Of a DNA stretch of 64,000 nt, positions 50,301-62,780 are shown in pieces. Origin of the DNA: an uncultured Planctomycetota bacterium (GTDB lineage Bacteria; Planctomycetota; Planctomycetia; Isosphaerales; Isosphaeraceae). The notes beneath the pieces are model-generated. The model made no database searches, had not been told where the DNA came from, and saw only the letters and a list, made by a program, of their open reading frames with translations. Numbering within the stretch: the stretch's first letter is position 1; every line of letters starts with the position of its first letter. The stretch is taken from positions 96,001-160,000 of the forward strand of contig CAWJTV010000033.1 of assembly GCA_963845755.1 (NCBI GenBank), given 5' to 3'. Position numbers and translations under genes: made by a program.

Positions 50301-53300
50301 GTCAAACGAATGGTATCGCGGGCAATCTGATCCGCGTCGATCAGCCCACCGTCAACCTGCTCCCCGGCTCCAACGAGGCGGCCATCGAGGGCTCGACGCT
50401 CCAGCCGGTCGTCACCCTGTACACCTACAATCAGTTCGGACAGAAGACGTCACAGACGGATGCCGAGGGGAACGTCACCGCTTACACCTATTATCCGGCG
50501 GATGACCCCGACGGGGACGGCGACGTTGACGTCCCGGGCGGCAATTCCACAACCGGCGGCTATCTCGCGACCGTAACGACGGATACGACCGCGCTGCCGG
50601 GGCGCGATTCCGGCACCAACCCCACTCCGGCCAACATCCTGAACGAGTACTTCTACGACGAGGTCGGAAACGTGATCGAGTCGGTCAACGGTCGGGGGAT
50701 CGCCACCGACTACGTGGTCAACCAACTGAACCAGGTCGTCGAGACCATCCGGGCCGACGCCCACAATGTCTTCACGCCCGGCGTGGCCGAGCCCCTCCCG
50801 CTCACCGACTTCCAGTACTTGACACGGTACTTCTACGATGCCAACAACAACGTCGTGCTGACCGAGGTCGAGGACCGTGGCAATACCTCGAATGTGCAAG
50901 GCAACCCGCCGGCTGCCGATCTGCCGATCCTGAGCGTCAACCTCGCCAGCGTCTCCACGGGGAGCAATGGCAGCACGACCCTGAACGACTCGACCCAGAA
51001 CTGGACGACCAACGAGTGGGCAGGCCAGGCGGTCCGGATCACCTCGGGTAAGGGCGTCGGCGAATTCGCCCTGATCGTCTCCAACACGTCCACCCAGCTC
51101 ACCTTGAGCACGTCCCGGACGACCGTCCCCAACACCACCTCGCACTACGCCATCTATCCCCTGATCAATCCCGATCCCATCGGCGGCTCGACGGCGTTCC
51201 AGGACACCGTCATCAAGTACGACATCCTGGACAACCCGATCGAGACCGTCCAGGAAGTCTCCAACGGCGCCAATCCCGAGTTCCTCGACACGCTGAACCG
51301 CTACGACCCCAACGGCAACGTGGTGCTGACGATCGAGCCGGAGGGGAACGCCACAGCCATGGTCTATGACGAGCGCAACCTCGTCTACCAGACGATCCAG
51401 GGAGCGACGGCACCTCCGCCGCTGGCGCTGCTGGCCGCATCCGACCCCCGCAATTACGACGTGCGCGGCGGCCTCCCCGCGACGACGACCGATGATTACG
51501 ACCCCAACGGCAACCTCATCCAGACGGTGGCGGCCGACGATACGGACGGCTCGCTGGCGAACAATCCCAGCTCTCCAGCGGGACATCCACGGGGGCCGAT
51601 ACCGCGACCACTCTCGTCGACACGAGTCAGAGCTGGATGCCCAGCCAGTGGCAGGGCCGCACCGTGCTGATCGTCAGCGGCACGGGGGCGGGTCAGTTGC
51701 GCACCATCGCCTCCAACTCGGCCCACCAGCTCACGGTGACCGCGGCCTGGACGACGATCCCCGACGCCACGTCGGTCTACGCCTTCCAGGGAGACCGCAC
51801 TCGCTACGTCTACGACGGCTTCGATCGCCTGACCAGCGTGATCGACGCCGTGGGCAATCAGACGGTCTATCAATACGACCCGGTGGGCGACATCGTGCGC
51901 ACCCTCCACTTCGGCCCGGTAGGCGGTCCCAGCCCCTCGTCCGATGGCCCGAACGTACTGCCGGGACCGGTCTCGTTGGATGGCGTGATCCAGACCGCGA
52001 ACCTGGTGAGTTTCAACTTGCTCTCGGCCTCGGAGAGCTCGTACGACGAGCTGGGCCGCGACTACCAGAATTCCCAGGTCCTGTTCGTGAACACCATCCC
52101 GACCGTCCGCCCGGCCGACGTGGCGGAGGGGGCCAGCGACATCGGCCTGGGAAGCCTTACGCCCGGCCAGACGCAGGCCATTCCGGGCATCAGCGGCATC
52201 ACCATCCTGGGCCGAGTTTCCGACCGGACCGAATACGATCGCAATTCGCGAGTTGCTTTCATGGTCCAGGACGACCTGGCGACCTCGCGCACGTTCTACG
52301 ATGGAGCCAGCCGGGCAATCAAGACCGTGGATCCCCAGGGGAACACGCTCGAGACGGCTTATGACGGCGACAGCAACGCGATCGAGACCCGCGAGACCGA
52401 CGTCTCCCAGGTGCCCGGCGTTGCCCCCGAGGTGTTCCTCACCACCAACTTCTACGACAGCCTGAATCGCCTCCAGGAGACCGTGGACAACCTGGGTGAG
52501 ACCACGTACTACCGGTACGATTCGCGCGGCAACCTCGTGGCCATGGCCGACGCCTCCGGGCCGGCCGGCCCTGCGATCACGCGCCGCGACTTTCCCGAAC
52601 GGTCCCCGCACCGTCAACGTCACGAATCTATTCGGCAACGTGACACTCTATTTCTACGACGGCATCGATCGCCAGACGATGCAAGAGCAGATCCTGACCG
52701 CCTCGGGCAAGGGTGACGGCGTACACATCGGGGCATCGATCTTCGGCGTCAAGGACGACCCATCCGCACCCGAATCCTTCCCGCCGACCCCCGACCTCTC
52801 CCAGGGAGGCGGCGACGGAATCATCCGCACCGGCACGATCTGGGACAAGAACTCGCTGCAATCCGCACTCATCGACGACGACGGCAATGTCACCGTGTAC
52901 CTATATGACAACCTCGATCGGCAGGTCGCTGAGACCACCGGCCTGACGGTCAATTCCTCGCTCACCAGGCCCGCGATCATGGGTTCCGAGGTGATCCCGA
53001 CACCCACCGCGGCCACGATCAACAATCCGGCCGTGATCGCGGCGGCCAAGATCAACACGCAGTTGGGCGAAGTCCAGGCGAGGCTGACCGCCGTGGCCGC
53101 ATTGTTCCCACCGCTGGCGAGCACGATCGATCCGCCGACCACGTCGATCACCGACTACGACCCGCGTGGCAACGTCTTGATCCATGAAGATCAGAATGGA
53201 TCGGAGATTTTCACGCGATACGACGCGGTTAACCGCTCGATCGCGGTCCGCGTCTTCCGCACCGGCCAGCACGACTCGTTCACCGGCGACCCGATCTTCG

Positions 53301-55618
53301 CCCCGGCCCCGGTCAGCATCATCACGAATAACGGGAAGAATACGACCGTCGTCGTCGGGACCACCAAGCAGAACTTCCAGTACGACGGCCTCTCGCGGGT
53401 GACTCTGGCCACCGACAACAACGACCCGACCAACCCCAATGATGACTCGACGGTGACCGACGCCTACGACAGCCTGGGGCGGGTCATCGAGGAAAGCCAG
53501 CAAATCGGCACGCAACCGGCCCAGGCCATCGACTCGGCCTGGAGAGATGATGATCTGCGTAGCAGCCTGACCTACCCCAATGGCCGCGTTGAGGTCTACA
53601 CCTACGACACGCTCAACCGGCTCAAGACAGTCTCCGACCAGGGAGCCACGCGGCCGATCGCCGTCTATCAGTACATCGGGCCAAACCGCGTCCTGGAACG
53701 GTCCTATCCCCAGGACGGCACGATCGAGACCTTCCTCGATGATTCCGGGACGGTCAACATCGGCTACGACGGCATGGCCCGCCCGATCGAGGAGCGCGAC
53801 CTGGAGGCCAACGGCTCCTTGATCGTCGGCTTCACGTACACCTACGACCGTATGGGTAACAAGCTGACCGAAGGGAAGCTGCACGACCCGGCGAACAGCG
53901 AAACCTACACGTACGACTCCGCCTTTCGCCTGATCACCTTCCAGCGCACCCGGGCGGCATCGCTCCCTTGCAAAGCACCTGGACGCTGGACGGCGTGGGC
54001 AACTGGCTCCAGGTCAACGGACAGTCGCAGCAGTTCTCCTCGACCAACGAACTCCTCCAAGGCGCCCAGCGGCAGGCGGCCCCGCGACGATCCTCTACGA
54101 CAACAACGGCAATGAAACCGACGACGGCACGTATTTGTACACATACGACGCCGAGAACCGGCTGCGTACCGTCACGCTCAGGTCGAGCGGCGAGCTCATC
54201 GCCGTCTACTCGTACGATGCCCTGGGGCGGCACATCGAAAAGGATGTGACCAACTCCGGCAGTCAGAACGGCACGACCGATTTCTACTACGACGGCTGGC
54301 GGGACATCGAGGAGCACGACGGTGCCGGCGTCCTCACTCAACAATATGTCTTCGGCAACTACATCGACGAGCCTTTGGTGATGGACCGCAACCTGGATGG
54401 AGACAGCACGGCGACCGGACCCGGCGACCGGCGCATCTTTTACAACCAGGACGCGCTCTATTCCGTCTACGCCTTGACCGATGCCGCGGGCAAGATTGTC
54501 GAAGGCTACATGTACGACGCCTACGGCCGCCAGACGGTCTACACCCCGGCGCTAGCGGCGTCGTAACATTCGGCACCTCCGACGTCATCACGCCGGGCGG
54601 CCTGAGCGCCCTTGCCAACCCGTTCATGTTCACGGGAATGAGGCTCGACGCGGAAACCGAGCTTTATTACGACCGTGCCCGCTTCCTCGACCCGATCACG
54701 GGGCGGTTCATCGGCCGCGACCCCGAGGGGTACGTCAACGGCATGAGCCTGTACGCCGAGTATTTCTCCCCCAACGCCGTGGATCCCTACGGGCTCTGGA
54801 GTTGGCGTGGCTTCTTTAGTGGGGTTGCCAATGTCGTTGCTGAGCCATTTCGCGCCGCTGCCGACGTCGTGACTGTGGTTGGAGCTAAGGCGATGGGCAT
54901 CGATCGGGAGGATGTAAGCTTATCGAGTATGAGTGCCCAGGCCACGGTTGCCCGACTAGATGAAGGGCAAAGCGGCATCGTGGCAACAGCGAAGGGAGTC
55001 GGTGAACTCGCTGCCAACGTTGGCACAGGTGGTGGATACGGAGTTGTAAAAGGCAATATCGAGGCCTATAACGCATATCAATCGGGTCAGATTTCTTTCG
55101 AACAGTATGACTACGCTTTGAGCGAGATTGCTGGAGGCGCTGCGGCTGGTGTTGCGATCGCGAAGGCCGTTGCACTGACCGTGAAGCCTGGCAGTGCTCC
55201 GCAGCCTGGAGCCACAACTGTATATACGTCTACTGATTCTTCTGGCGTCGTCCAGTATGTTGGAATAACCGACGACTTGGTCGCCCGCGCAGCAAACCAC
55301 ATGAGCCAGAAAGGCATCGAGATAGATCCTATTCCAGGACTATCGGATATCGCGCGTGCCGATGCGCGCACGATCGAGCAAGTGCTTATCGAAAACTACG
55401 GCCTGGGGAAAAATGGCGGGACACTGCTAAATAAGATCAACAGCATAGCTGAATCCAACCCAATCTATGCCGATGCCATCGAGCGAGGCAGTGACTTCTT
55501 GGCCTGGGCCCGTTATGATGGTTTTAGCCAGGGCAATCCATCGATCTTGACAGCGATTTTAATGCTCATGAGTCAAAATATTTATTTCAATTCAACGGCT
55601 AACCCTTGTCCGAGGTGA
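47301..55618 (+). CDS. Giant Rhs/YD-repeat polymorphic toxin (~2,770 aa) with a C-terminal GIY-YIG (Tox-URI2-like) nuclease; about ten frameshifts
   Basis: AGGAGA RBS; leader RSRRKRLHLFVDRLEDY; DUF6531-like TDLSIPGRGIDWTFERTYRS...LGHNW; many YD repeats; core FTGMRLDAETELYYDRAR...GRFIGRDP...VDPYGL; tip VY...YVGIT...R...H...EQ...LLNKINSI; GC drop after 54800. Confidence 0.88.
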
Positions 55619-55625
55619 ACCGACC

Positions 55626-56094
55626 ATGGCTGATGACAAGGTTCAGTTGGGATCGCTTCTCGAAGTCCCAGTGTCTAATGGGTTCCGCTACGCTCTCTAT
55701 ACGCACGAACATAAAAAGATGGGGTCGTTGGTCCGTGCGTTCGAAACGCGCTGTGCCCGTTCGTCCAGAAGACTATACCGACATAATGTCGAGTCGGGTC
55801 CTGTTCGTATGCTTCATTCCTCTCAAGGCCATCATTCGCCAGAGCATCCTGTCTGTGGCTGCCGTCGTGCCTGTCCCAACTGCTTTTCAACAGTTCCCCA
55901 TTTTTCGGGCGGGCGTCAGCGATCCCGTTACTAAGAAGGTGCGTGATTGGTGGCTTTGGGATGGCAACAAGGAGTGGATGGTCGGGAAACTCAACGCTGA
56001 ACAGCGGGCCTATCCGATTCGTGGAATCTGGAACGACACGCTCTTTAAGGAACGCATGAACAGTAGTTGGACGGTTGAACAAGACCCCAGGTAA
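55626..56094 (+). CDS. Cognate immunity protein (Imm26-like); frameshift near 55755
   Basis: Low-GC gene directly after the toxin: MADDKVQLGSLLEVPVSNGFRYALYTH...FPIFRAG...WWLWDG...IRGIWNDTLFKER. Confidence 0.75.
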
Positions 56095-56244
56095 AACAGA
56101 AAAAAGGGACACAGAAAAACGGGGACATAGCATTTGGGAGGTCGGGGGCATAGCGTCAGGTAAGCTCGAGAAAGGAGGAAGAAACTCGAACTCGGAAACC
56201 TTTCATCGCAACCATGCGGGTGAACGAATCCCGCCCGGCACAGC

Positions 56245-56369
56245 CTAAGCAACTCCGCAGAATTGATTTGACATCGCCGCGCTTTTCGAAATGGCGTCCG
56301 CCTGAAATACAGCCAGTTTTCCGCGAGATCGTGGGACCCTTGTCAAGTTATTTCTGCGGAGTTGCTTAG
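56245..56369. mobile_element. 125-bp MITE (non-autonomous IS derivative)
   Basis: 29-bp terminal inverted repeats CTAAGCAACTCCGCAGAATTGATTTGACA / TGTCAAGTTATTTCTGCGGAGTTGCTTAG (three mismatches); no ORF inside. Confidence 0.75.
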
Positions 56370-56386
56370 CGAGCAGCCGCGGGGAC

Positions 56387-56434
56387 TCGGGCCGGGTCGC
56401 TCCAGGGAGCAATCCCTGGAGCGACCCGGCCCGA
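56387..56434. repeat. Perfect 22-bp hairpin with a GCAA loop
   Basis: TCGGGCCGGGTCGCTCCAGGGA-GCAA-TCCCTGGAGCGACCCGGCCCGA. Confidence 0.8.
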
Positions 56435-56478
56435 CGGCCCCTGACCCCGACGGCCCCTGGTCTGACCCCGACGGCCCC

Positions 56479-56608
56479 CGGCCAGCACCTCCAGGACGAC
56501 CTTCGCCTTGAACTCTGGTGTGAATCGCCGCCGCTTCCTCATCCCAATACTCCTCCTCGGGGTCTCAACCCCCATTATGCACTGGTCTGAATTCTGGGGC
56601 GCACTTCA
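56479..56608 (-). mobile_element. IS3-family left-end remnant
   Basis: TGAAGTGCGCCCCAGAATTCAGACCA (TG-start inverted repeat), GAGGAG RBS and orfA start MRKRRRFTPEFKAKVVLEVL; truncated after about 22 codons. Confidence 0.75.
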
Positions 56609-56668
56609 ATTCGCGTCGACCTCCGTAGAATCTCTCCGCCGTGCGCGCATGTCATGGGAAGGGAAGCG

Positions 56669-56772
56669 TCTCACGTGGAGGGGCGGAGAACGCGGAGTCG
56701 GACCAAGACGGCCGAGAATCGGATCCGGGTGGTTGAGCGGCTTGTCCACGTCCTCCGCGTCTCCGCGTGAGA
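56669..56772. repeat. REP-like inverted repeat with ~9-bp CGCGGAG periodicity downstream of trpF
   Basis: TCTCACGTGGAGGGGCGGAGAACGCGGAG ... CTCCGCGTCTCCGCGTGAGA. Confidence 0.65.
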
Positions 56773-56818
56773 TTTCAGGGCGTCCTCGCGAAGAATCCGG
56801 TTGGGGACGATGGACCGG

Positions 56819-57502
56819 CTAACGCGGAGGAAGGTCATCGATCGGGCGAGCCGCGGCGCGAGCTGCCCGGATGAACGCGCCGACCGCGGCGGCGTCCTTC
56901 CGGCCCGGCGACCACTCGACCCCGCTGGCGACGTTGACCATCCAGGGTCGGAACCGGGCCACACGCTCGGCGACATTGCCAGGGGTCAGGCCGCCAGCCA
57001 GGATCAGTCGGGGTAGGGGGGGGATGCGATCCAGGATGGTCTCGGCGATCAGGGCACCGGTCCCGCCCGGTTGGCCGGCGACAAAGGCATCCACCAGGAC
57101 CGCATCCGGCGGCCGGCCCAGTGCGGCGGCCCGCGCCAGATACCCGGAGACGCCATCCCAGTCCGACGCGGACTTCAGGCGAAAGGCACGAATCACGCGG
57201 AGATGCTCGAGTACGACGAGATCCTCGGGCGGTTCTCGACCGTGCAACTGAACAATCCCCAGACCGAGATGTTCGGCCAACACCGCCACTTCGGCGGCCG
57301 GCCGGTCTACAAATACGCCGGCTACGGCGACGGAGTCCGGGAGTGCGGCGATAATGTCCGCTGCGACTTCGGGCGTGACATATCGCACCGATGGCGGATG
57401 GAAATTCAGGCCGATCCAGTCGGCACCGGCCTCCGCGCAGGCGACGGCGTCTTCGACACACGTCAACCCACAGATCTTGACAAGAACCGTGGACTCCGAC
57501 AC
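56819..57502 (-). CDS. trpF: Phosphoribosylanthranilate isomerase
   Basis: VKICGLT, VQLHG, GGTG, LILAGGLTPGNV and V[N]VASGVE...GRKD. Confidence 0.93.
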   Translation of the reverse strand: MSESTVLVKICGLTCVEDAVACAEAGADWIGLNFHPPSVRYVTPEVAADIIAALPDSVAVAGVFVDRPAAEVAVLAEHLGLGIVQLHGREPPEDLVVLEHLRVIRAFRLKSASDWDGVSGYLARAAALGRPPDAVLVDAFVAGQPGGTGALIAETILDRIPPLPRLILAGGLTPGNVAERVARFRPWMVNVASGVEWSPGRKDAAAVGAFIRAARAAARPIDDLPPR

Positions 57503-57575
57503 TCGAAGGTTCTTTCGAGATTCAAAGTCGAACAAGGGAGAGCAACCGTCGTCCGTTCGAGAGGAATCTCTCGGG

Positions 57576-57908
57576 TCACGACACTCCGAGCTTGTCCAGT
57601 GAGGCCTTGAACTTTGTCTCGGGATTCACGCCGACCAGCCGGTCAACCTCTTGGCCTTGATGGAAGACCAGCACGGTCGGGATCGCCGAGATCCGCAGGC
57701 TGCCCGGCGTATCCATATTCTCGTCGGTGTTCATCTTGCCGACCTTGACCTTCCCGTCGTACTCACCCGCCAGCTTCTCGATCGTCGGGGCGAGCATTCG
57801 GCAAGGGGTGCACCATGGTGCCCAGAAGTCAACAACCACCGGGATCGGCGAATCCAGTACTTCCGACTTCCAGTTGCCGTCGGTAAATTCCTTCACGCTA
57901 CCGGCCAT
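57576..57908 (-). CDS. trxA: Thioredoxin
   Basis: VVVDFWAPWCTPC and ISAIPTVLVF. Confidence 0.93.
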   Translation of the reverse strand: MAGSVKEFTDGNWKSEVLDSPIPVVVDFWAPWCTPCRMLAPTIEKLAGEYDGKVKVGKMNTDENMDTPGSLRISAIPTVLVFHQGQEVDRLVGVNPETKFKASLDKLGVS

Positions 57909-57995
57909 GGTCGATGCCTCGCGGTGCTGCGAAAGTCCAAAATCCGTCAAAACTTAACGCGTTTGAAGGTCGTTCATGACGACCGATTCTCCAGG

Positions 57996-58023
57996 ATTAT
58001 AAAGGACGCCCGTTCCGAGTCAA
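57996..58023 (-). promoter_or_regulatory. Sigma70 promoter of trxA
   Basis: TTGACT, 16 bp, TATAAT on the - strand. Confidence 0.7.
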
Positions 58024-58048
58024 CTTCTCCCCGGACATTGACCAATGG

Positions 58049-58779
58049 CTACTTGCGTCGGGTATTGGCGACTTCCGTCTCGGCGAGGTACAGCAGGCGG
58101 CCGCAACTGAGGCAGAAACACAGCGAATGGCGATTGATCAGATCGTTCATCATCTGAGCAGTGACGGCCGTGTAACAGCCGTGACAGGATCCATCCTCGC
58201 ACGCAGCCAGAGCGTCCGCCCCATACCGACCGACGATCCGGCGGTAGGTCACGCGGGAATCTTCCGGGATCGCCGTCTCGGCGTTGGTGATCGCCGTCTC
58301 CAGTTCGCGAAGCTGGTCCTTCTGGGCGAGAGCCTGATCCTCGATCTGTTTCTGGAAGGTCGCGATCTCGCCGGCAAAACGCTTGACGTCAGCCTCGAGC
58401 TTGGCGAGCTCGCTGGTCTTGGTTTCGATCGCCTCGAGCGCCAGCAGGATGTCCTCTTCCAGCTTGGACTTGGTCGCGTTGTCGTGGGCAATCTGATTCT
58501 GGAGGGCCTTGTACTCCTCGTTCTTCTTGACCTGATTGAGCTTGATTTTCAAGTCATCAATCTTGGCCTCGACGCCCTGAAGCGAGTGCTCGTGTTTCTT
58601 GAGCACCACCTTGGCATCCTGGAGCGCCTTGCGAAAGGCGTCCGTCTCCGCCTGCCGGGCGAGCAGAGCCGTCTGGCGGGCGGCCAGAGTCTTGGGACCG
58701 GAGGTCAGTCGGTCGCGCAGCGCCGTGCGCGCTGATGCAAGAGATGGAGGTCGCGTAGGTTCTCGGCGGTCGCGGGCAT
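58049..58779 (-). CDS. Coiled-coil + C4 zinc-ribbon protein (DUF164/CdsZ-like); frameshift near 58730
   Basis: KKNEEYKALQNQI coiled coil and CHGC...CLSCGRLLY; start MPATAENLRDLH at 58779. Confidence 0.85.
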
Positions 58780-58971
58780 CAGTCGGCGCTCCTTCCTCCG
58801 ATAGGGGTAATGGCGAGGAGTCTCGGCCTGCGGGTGATCGCCTGGGTCCCTTTCCTCCTCGTTAACGGCCTCTGGCCCCACGGCGATTCGGAGTTCCTGG
58901 CGACCGATTCCCCGGGGAAAACCGGGGCGAGGCCGTCGGATACTCCGGGGCCATTGATAAGTTGACGGGCC

Positions 58972-59007
58972 AAAAAAACCCCCGGACGCCTGGGGCGGCC
59001 GGGGGTT
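58972..59007 (-). terminator. Intrinsic terminator of rpoD
   Basis: AACCCCCGG...CCGGGGGTTTTTTT on the - strand, directly after the rpoD stop. Confidence 0.8.
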
Positions 59008-59017
59008 GGCTGGGAGG

Positions 59018-60674
<1,657 letters not shown>

Positions 60675-60691
<17 letters not shown>

Positions 60692-62620
60692 CCAAAATCC
60701 TCCCACTCGCACGAGACGACGGATCGGGTCGCTTCAGGTTTTTCGGACTCAGCCGCTGATTGTAGAGACGTCGATATTCTAATTCTATGGCACGATAGGC
60801 GTCCGGGTCGGACGCCGGATCGGTTTGATCGAGGATCCGTTTCAGGTCCTTGACCCGGGCGCGCCGCTCGCGTTCCGCCAGGACGATGAGCATCGGCTCG
60901 AGCCGCTCGCCCCAGGGAGCCGGCCGCACGCCGACGGACAGGGGCGCCGCCTCGGGCATTCTCAAGGCCGACATCGCGATCAGGTCGGTCGCCAGGGCGC
61001 GGATCGCCGGGTCTTCCAGGCGGACCATGAGGTTCTCGTAACTGGGGGCCTTTCCCTCGGTGTGGAGGTCGTAGCAAGCCTGGAGGATCACCTGCAAGGG
61101 GGGATCACTGAGGGTCGCCAGCGAGACTCGAGGGACCACCAAGGTGATGGCGCTCGGCTCACTCAACACGATACGGATCAGCTCCAAATCGGTCTGGTCG
61201 AGTTCCGAAGGGCGGATCGGTGCCGACTCGGGAGGCGACGCCGTGCCGGTGGCGACGACGACCGGTCGGCCGGGGGCGGCCGGTGCTTCAACTGCCGGCG
61301 GAGCCGATTCAGCGTATCCAAGGGGACGCGGAGCCGCTGCGACAAGGTATCCAGGACCTTGGCCAGCTTGACCTCGAGCCCCAGCCGGTGTGCCTGCGGC
61401 ACGCTGTTCACGATCCCTACCACCCATTCGGCGGCGAGGCGAGATCCCTCGCTCGAGTCGAGGTCGAACCGCTTCGCGGCCCGGTCCAGCACGTAGGCGA
61501 GGGGATCCGGTGCCCGCTCGACCAGGCCGCGGAAGGCGCCGGCCCCCTCTTTCAAAAGGAAATCGCACGGGTCCAGCTTCGCCGGGAGCGTGAGTACCCG
61601 CAGGTCCAGTTCATGGCCCAGGAACAGCTCCAGCGAGCGGTCCGCCGCCGCTTGCCCGGCCTCATCACCGTCGAAGACCAGGACGACCCGATCGGCCAGC
61701 CGGCGCAGGCCGGAGAGGTGGTCCTCTCCCAGCGCCGTCCCGAGCGTGCCGACCACATTGGACAGCCCGACCTGGTGCGCGGCAATAACGTCCGTATATC
61801 CCTCGACGACCGCCACCCAGCCCGCCTGACGGGAGGCTCCCCGCGCCAGGTCCGCCGCGTAGAGCAGCGTCCGCTTGTGAAACAGCGCCGTCTCGGGTGT
61901 ATTCAAATACTTGGCAACGTGCCGGCCCTGGGCCTCGATGGCGCGCTCAGCCTCCGGGAGGATGCGACCGCCGAACCCGACGGTTCGCCCGCGGTCATCG
62001 TGGATCGGGAACATCAATCGACCCCGGAACCGCTCGCGCAACGGGCCCGCCACCTCGCCGCCGCGGCCGGCGAGCCCGGCCTGCTCCAGAGCCTCCATGC
62101 TGAGACCGCGCCGACGCGCCAGGCCCAACAGCCAACCGCGGGCCGTCGGCGCATAACCCAGGCGAAACTGCTCGACGCTCGCTGGTGTCAGGCCGCGTCC
62201 CTCCGCGTATTTCCGGGCCTCGGCCGATTCATCGAGGGCCCGCGCAAAGACCTCCTCGGCCCAGGCGTTGACCTCGAAGAGCTCGGTCTTCGAAGGCCCC
62301 CGAGACGTCGCGACGGCCGACGGCTGCTTCTCCAGCACGATCCCCGCCCGATCCGCCAACATGCGCAACGCCTCTGTAAAATCAACGCGTTCGTGATTCT
62401 TAACAAAATCAAAGATGTCCCCGCCGGCCCCGCAACTCCAGCATTTATAGGACTGGCGCTCCGGGTTGACTTCGAGGGACGGATTGTGGTCCTGATGGAA
62501 CGGGCACAACCCCTTGTACTTGCTTCCCACACGGCGCAAAGTAATGGACTCGCCCACCAAGGCGACAATATCAACTGCGCTTTTTATAGCGGTTAGCAAC
62601 GTTTCGGGATGGCGGGGCAC
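60675..62620 (-). CDS. dnaG: DNA primase; frameshift near 61330
   Basis: CPFH...CWSC zinc finger, [24 protein letters not shown] and FDGDEAG Toprim; located upstream of rpoD. Confidence 0.95.
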
Positions 62621-62752
62621 CGGGAACTCCTGATTGAGAGGGCTCAGGCCCGGATCCTTGGTCCGCGGCCCTCCGAGAGCCGAACTGGTCGGTCCGTACT
62701 CATCAGAAGACCGCTCACCGTGCCCTGTTCGTTCTGGGCGGCTTCTACCCGA

Positions 62753-62780
62753 ATTATAACCCTTCCGGATTTAGGGTCAA
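62753..62780 (-). promoter_or_regulatory. Sigma70 promoter of dnaG-rpoD
   Basis: TTGACC, 16 bp, TATAAT on the - strand, about 130 bp upstream of dnaG. Confidence 0.7.

Noticed and set aside
47301..55618. Programmed frameshifting or phase variation in the Rhs gene
   Set aside because: Break density is similar to the rest of the window, and I saw no consistent slippery motif.
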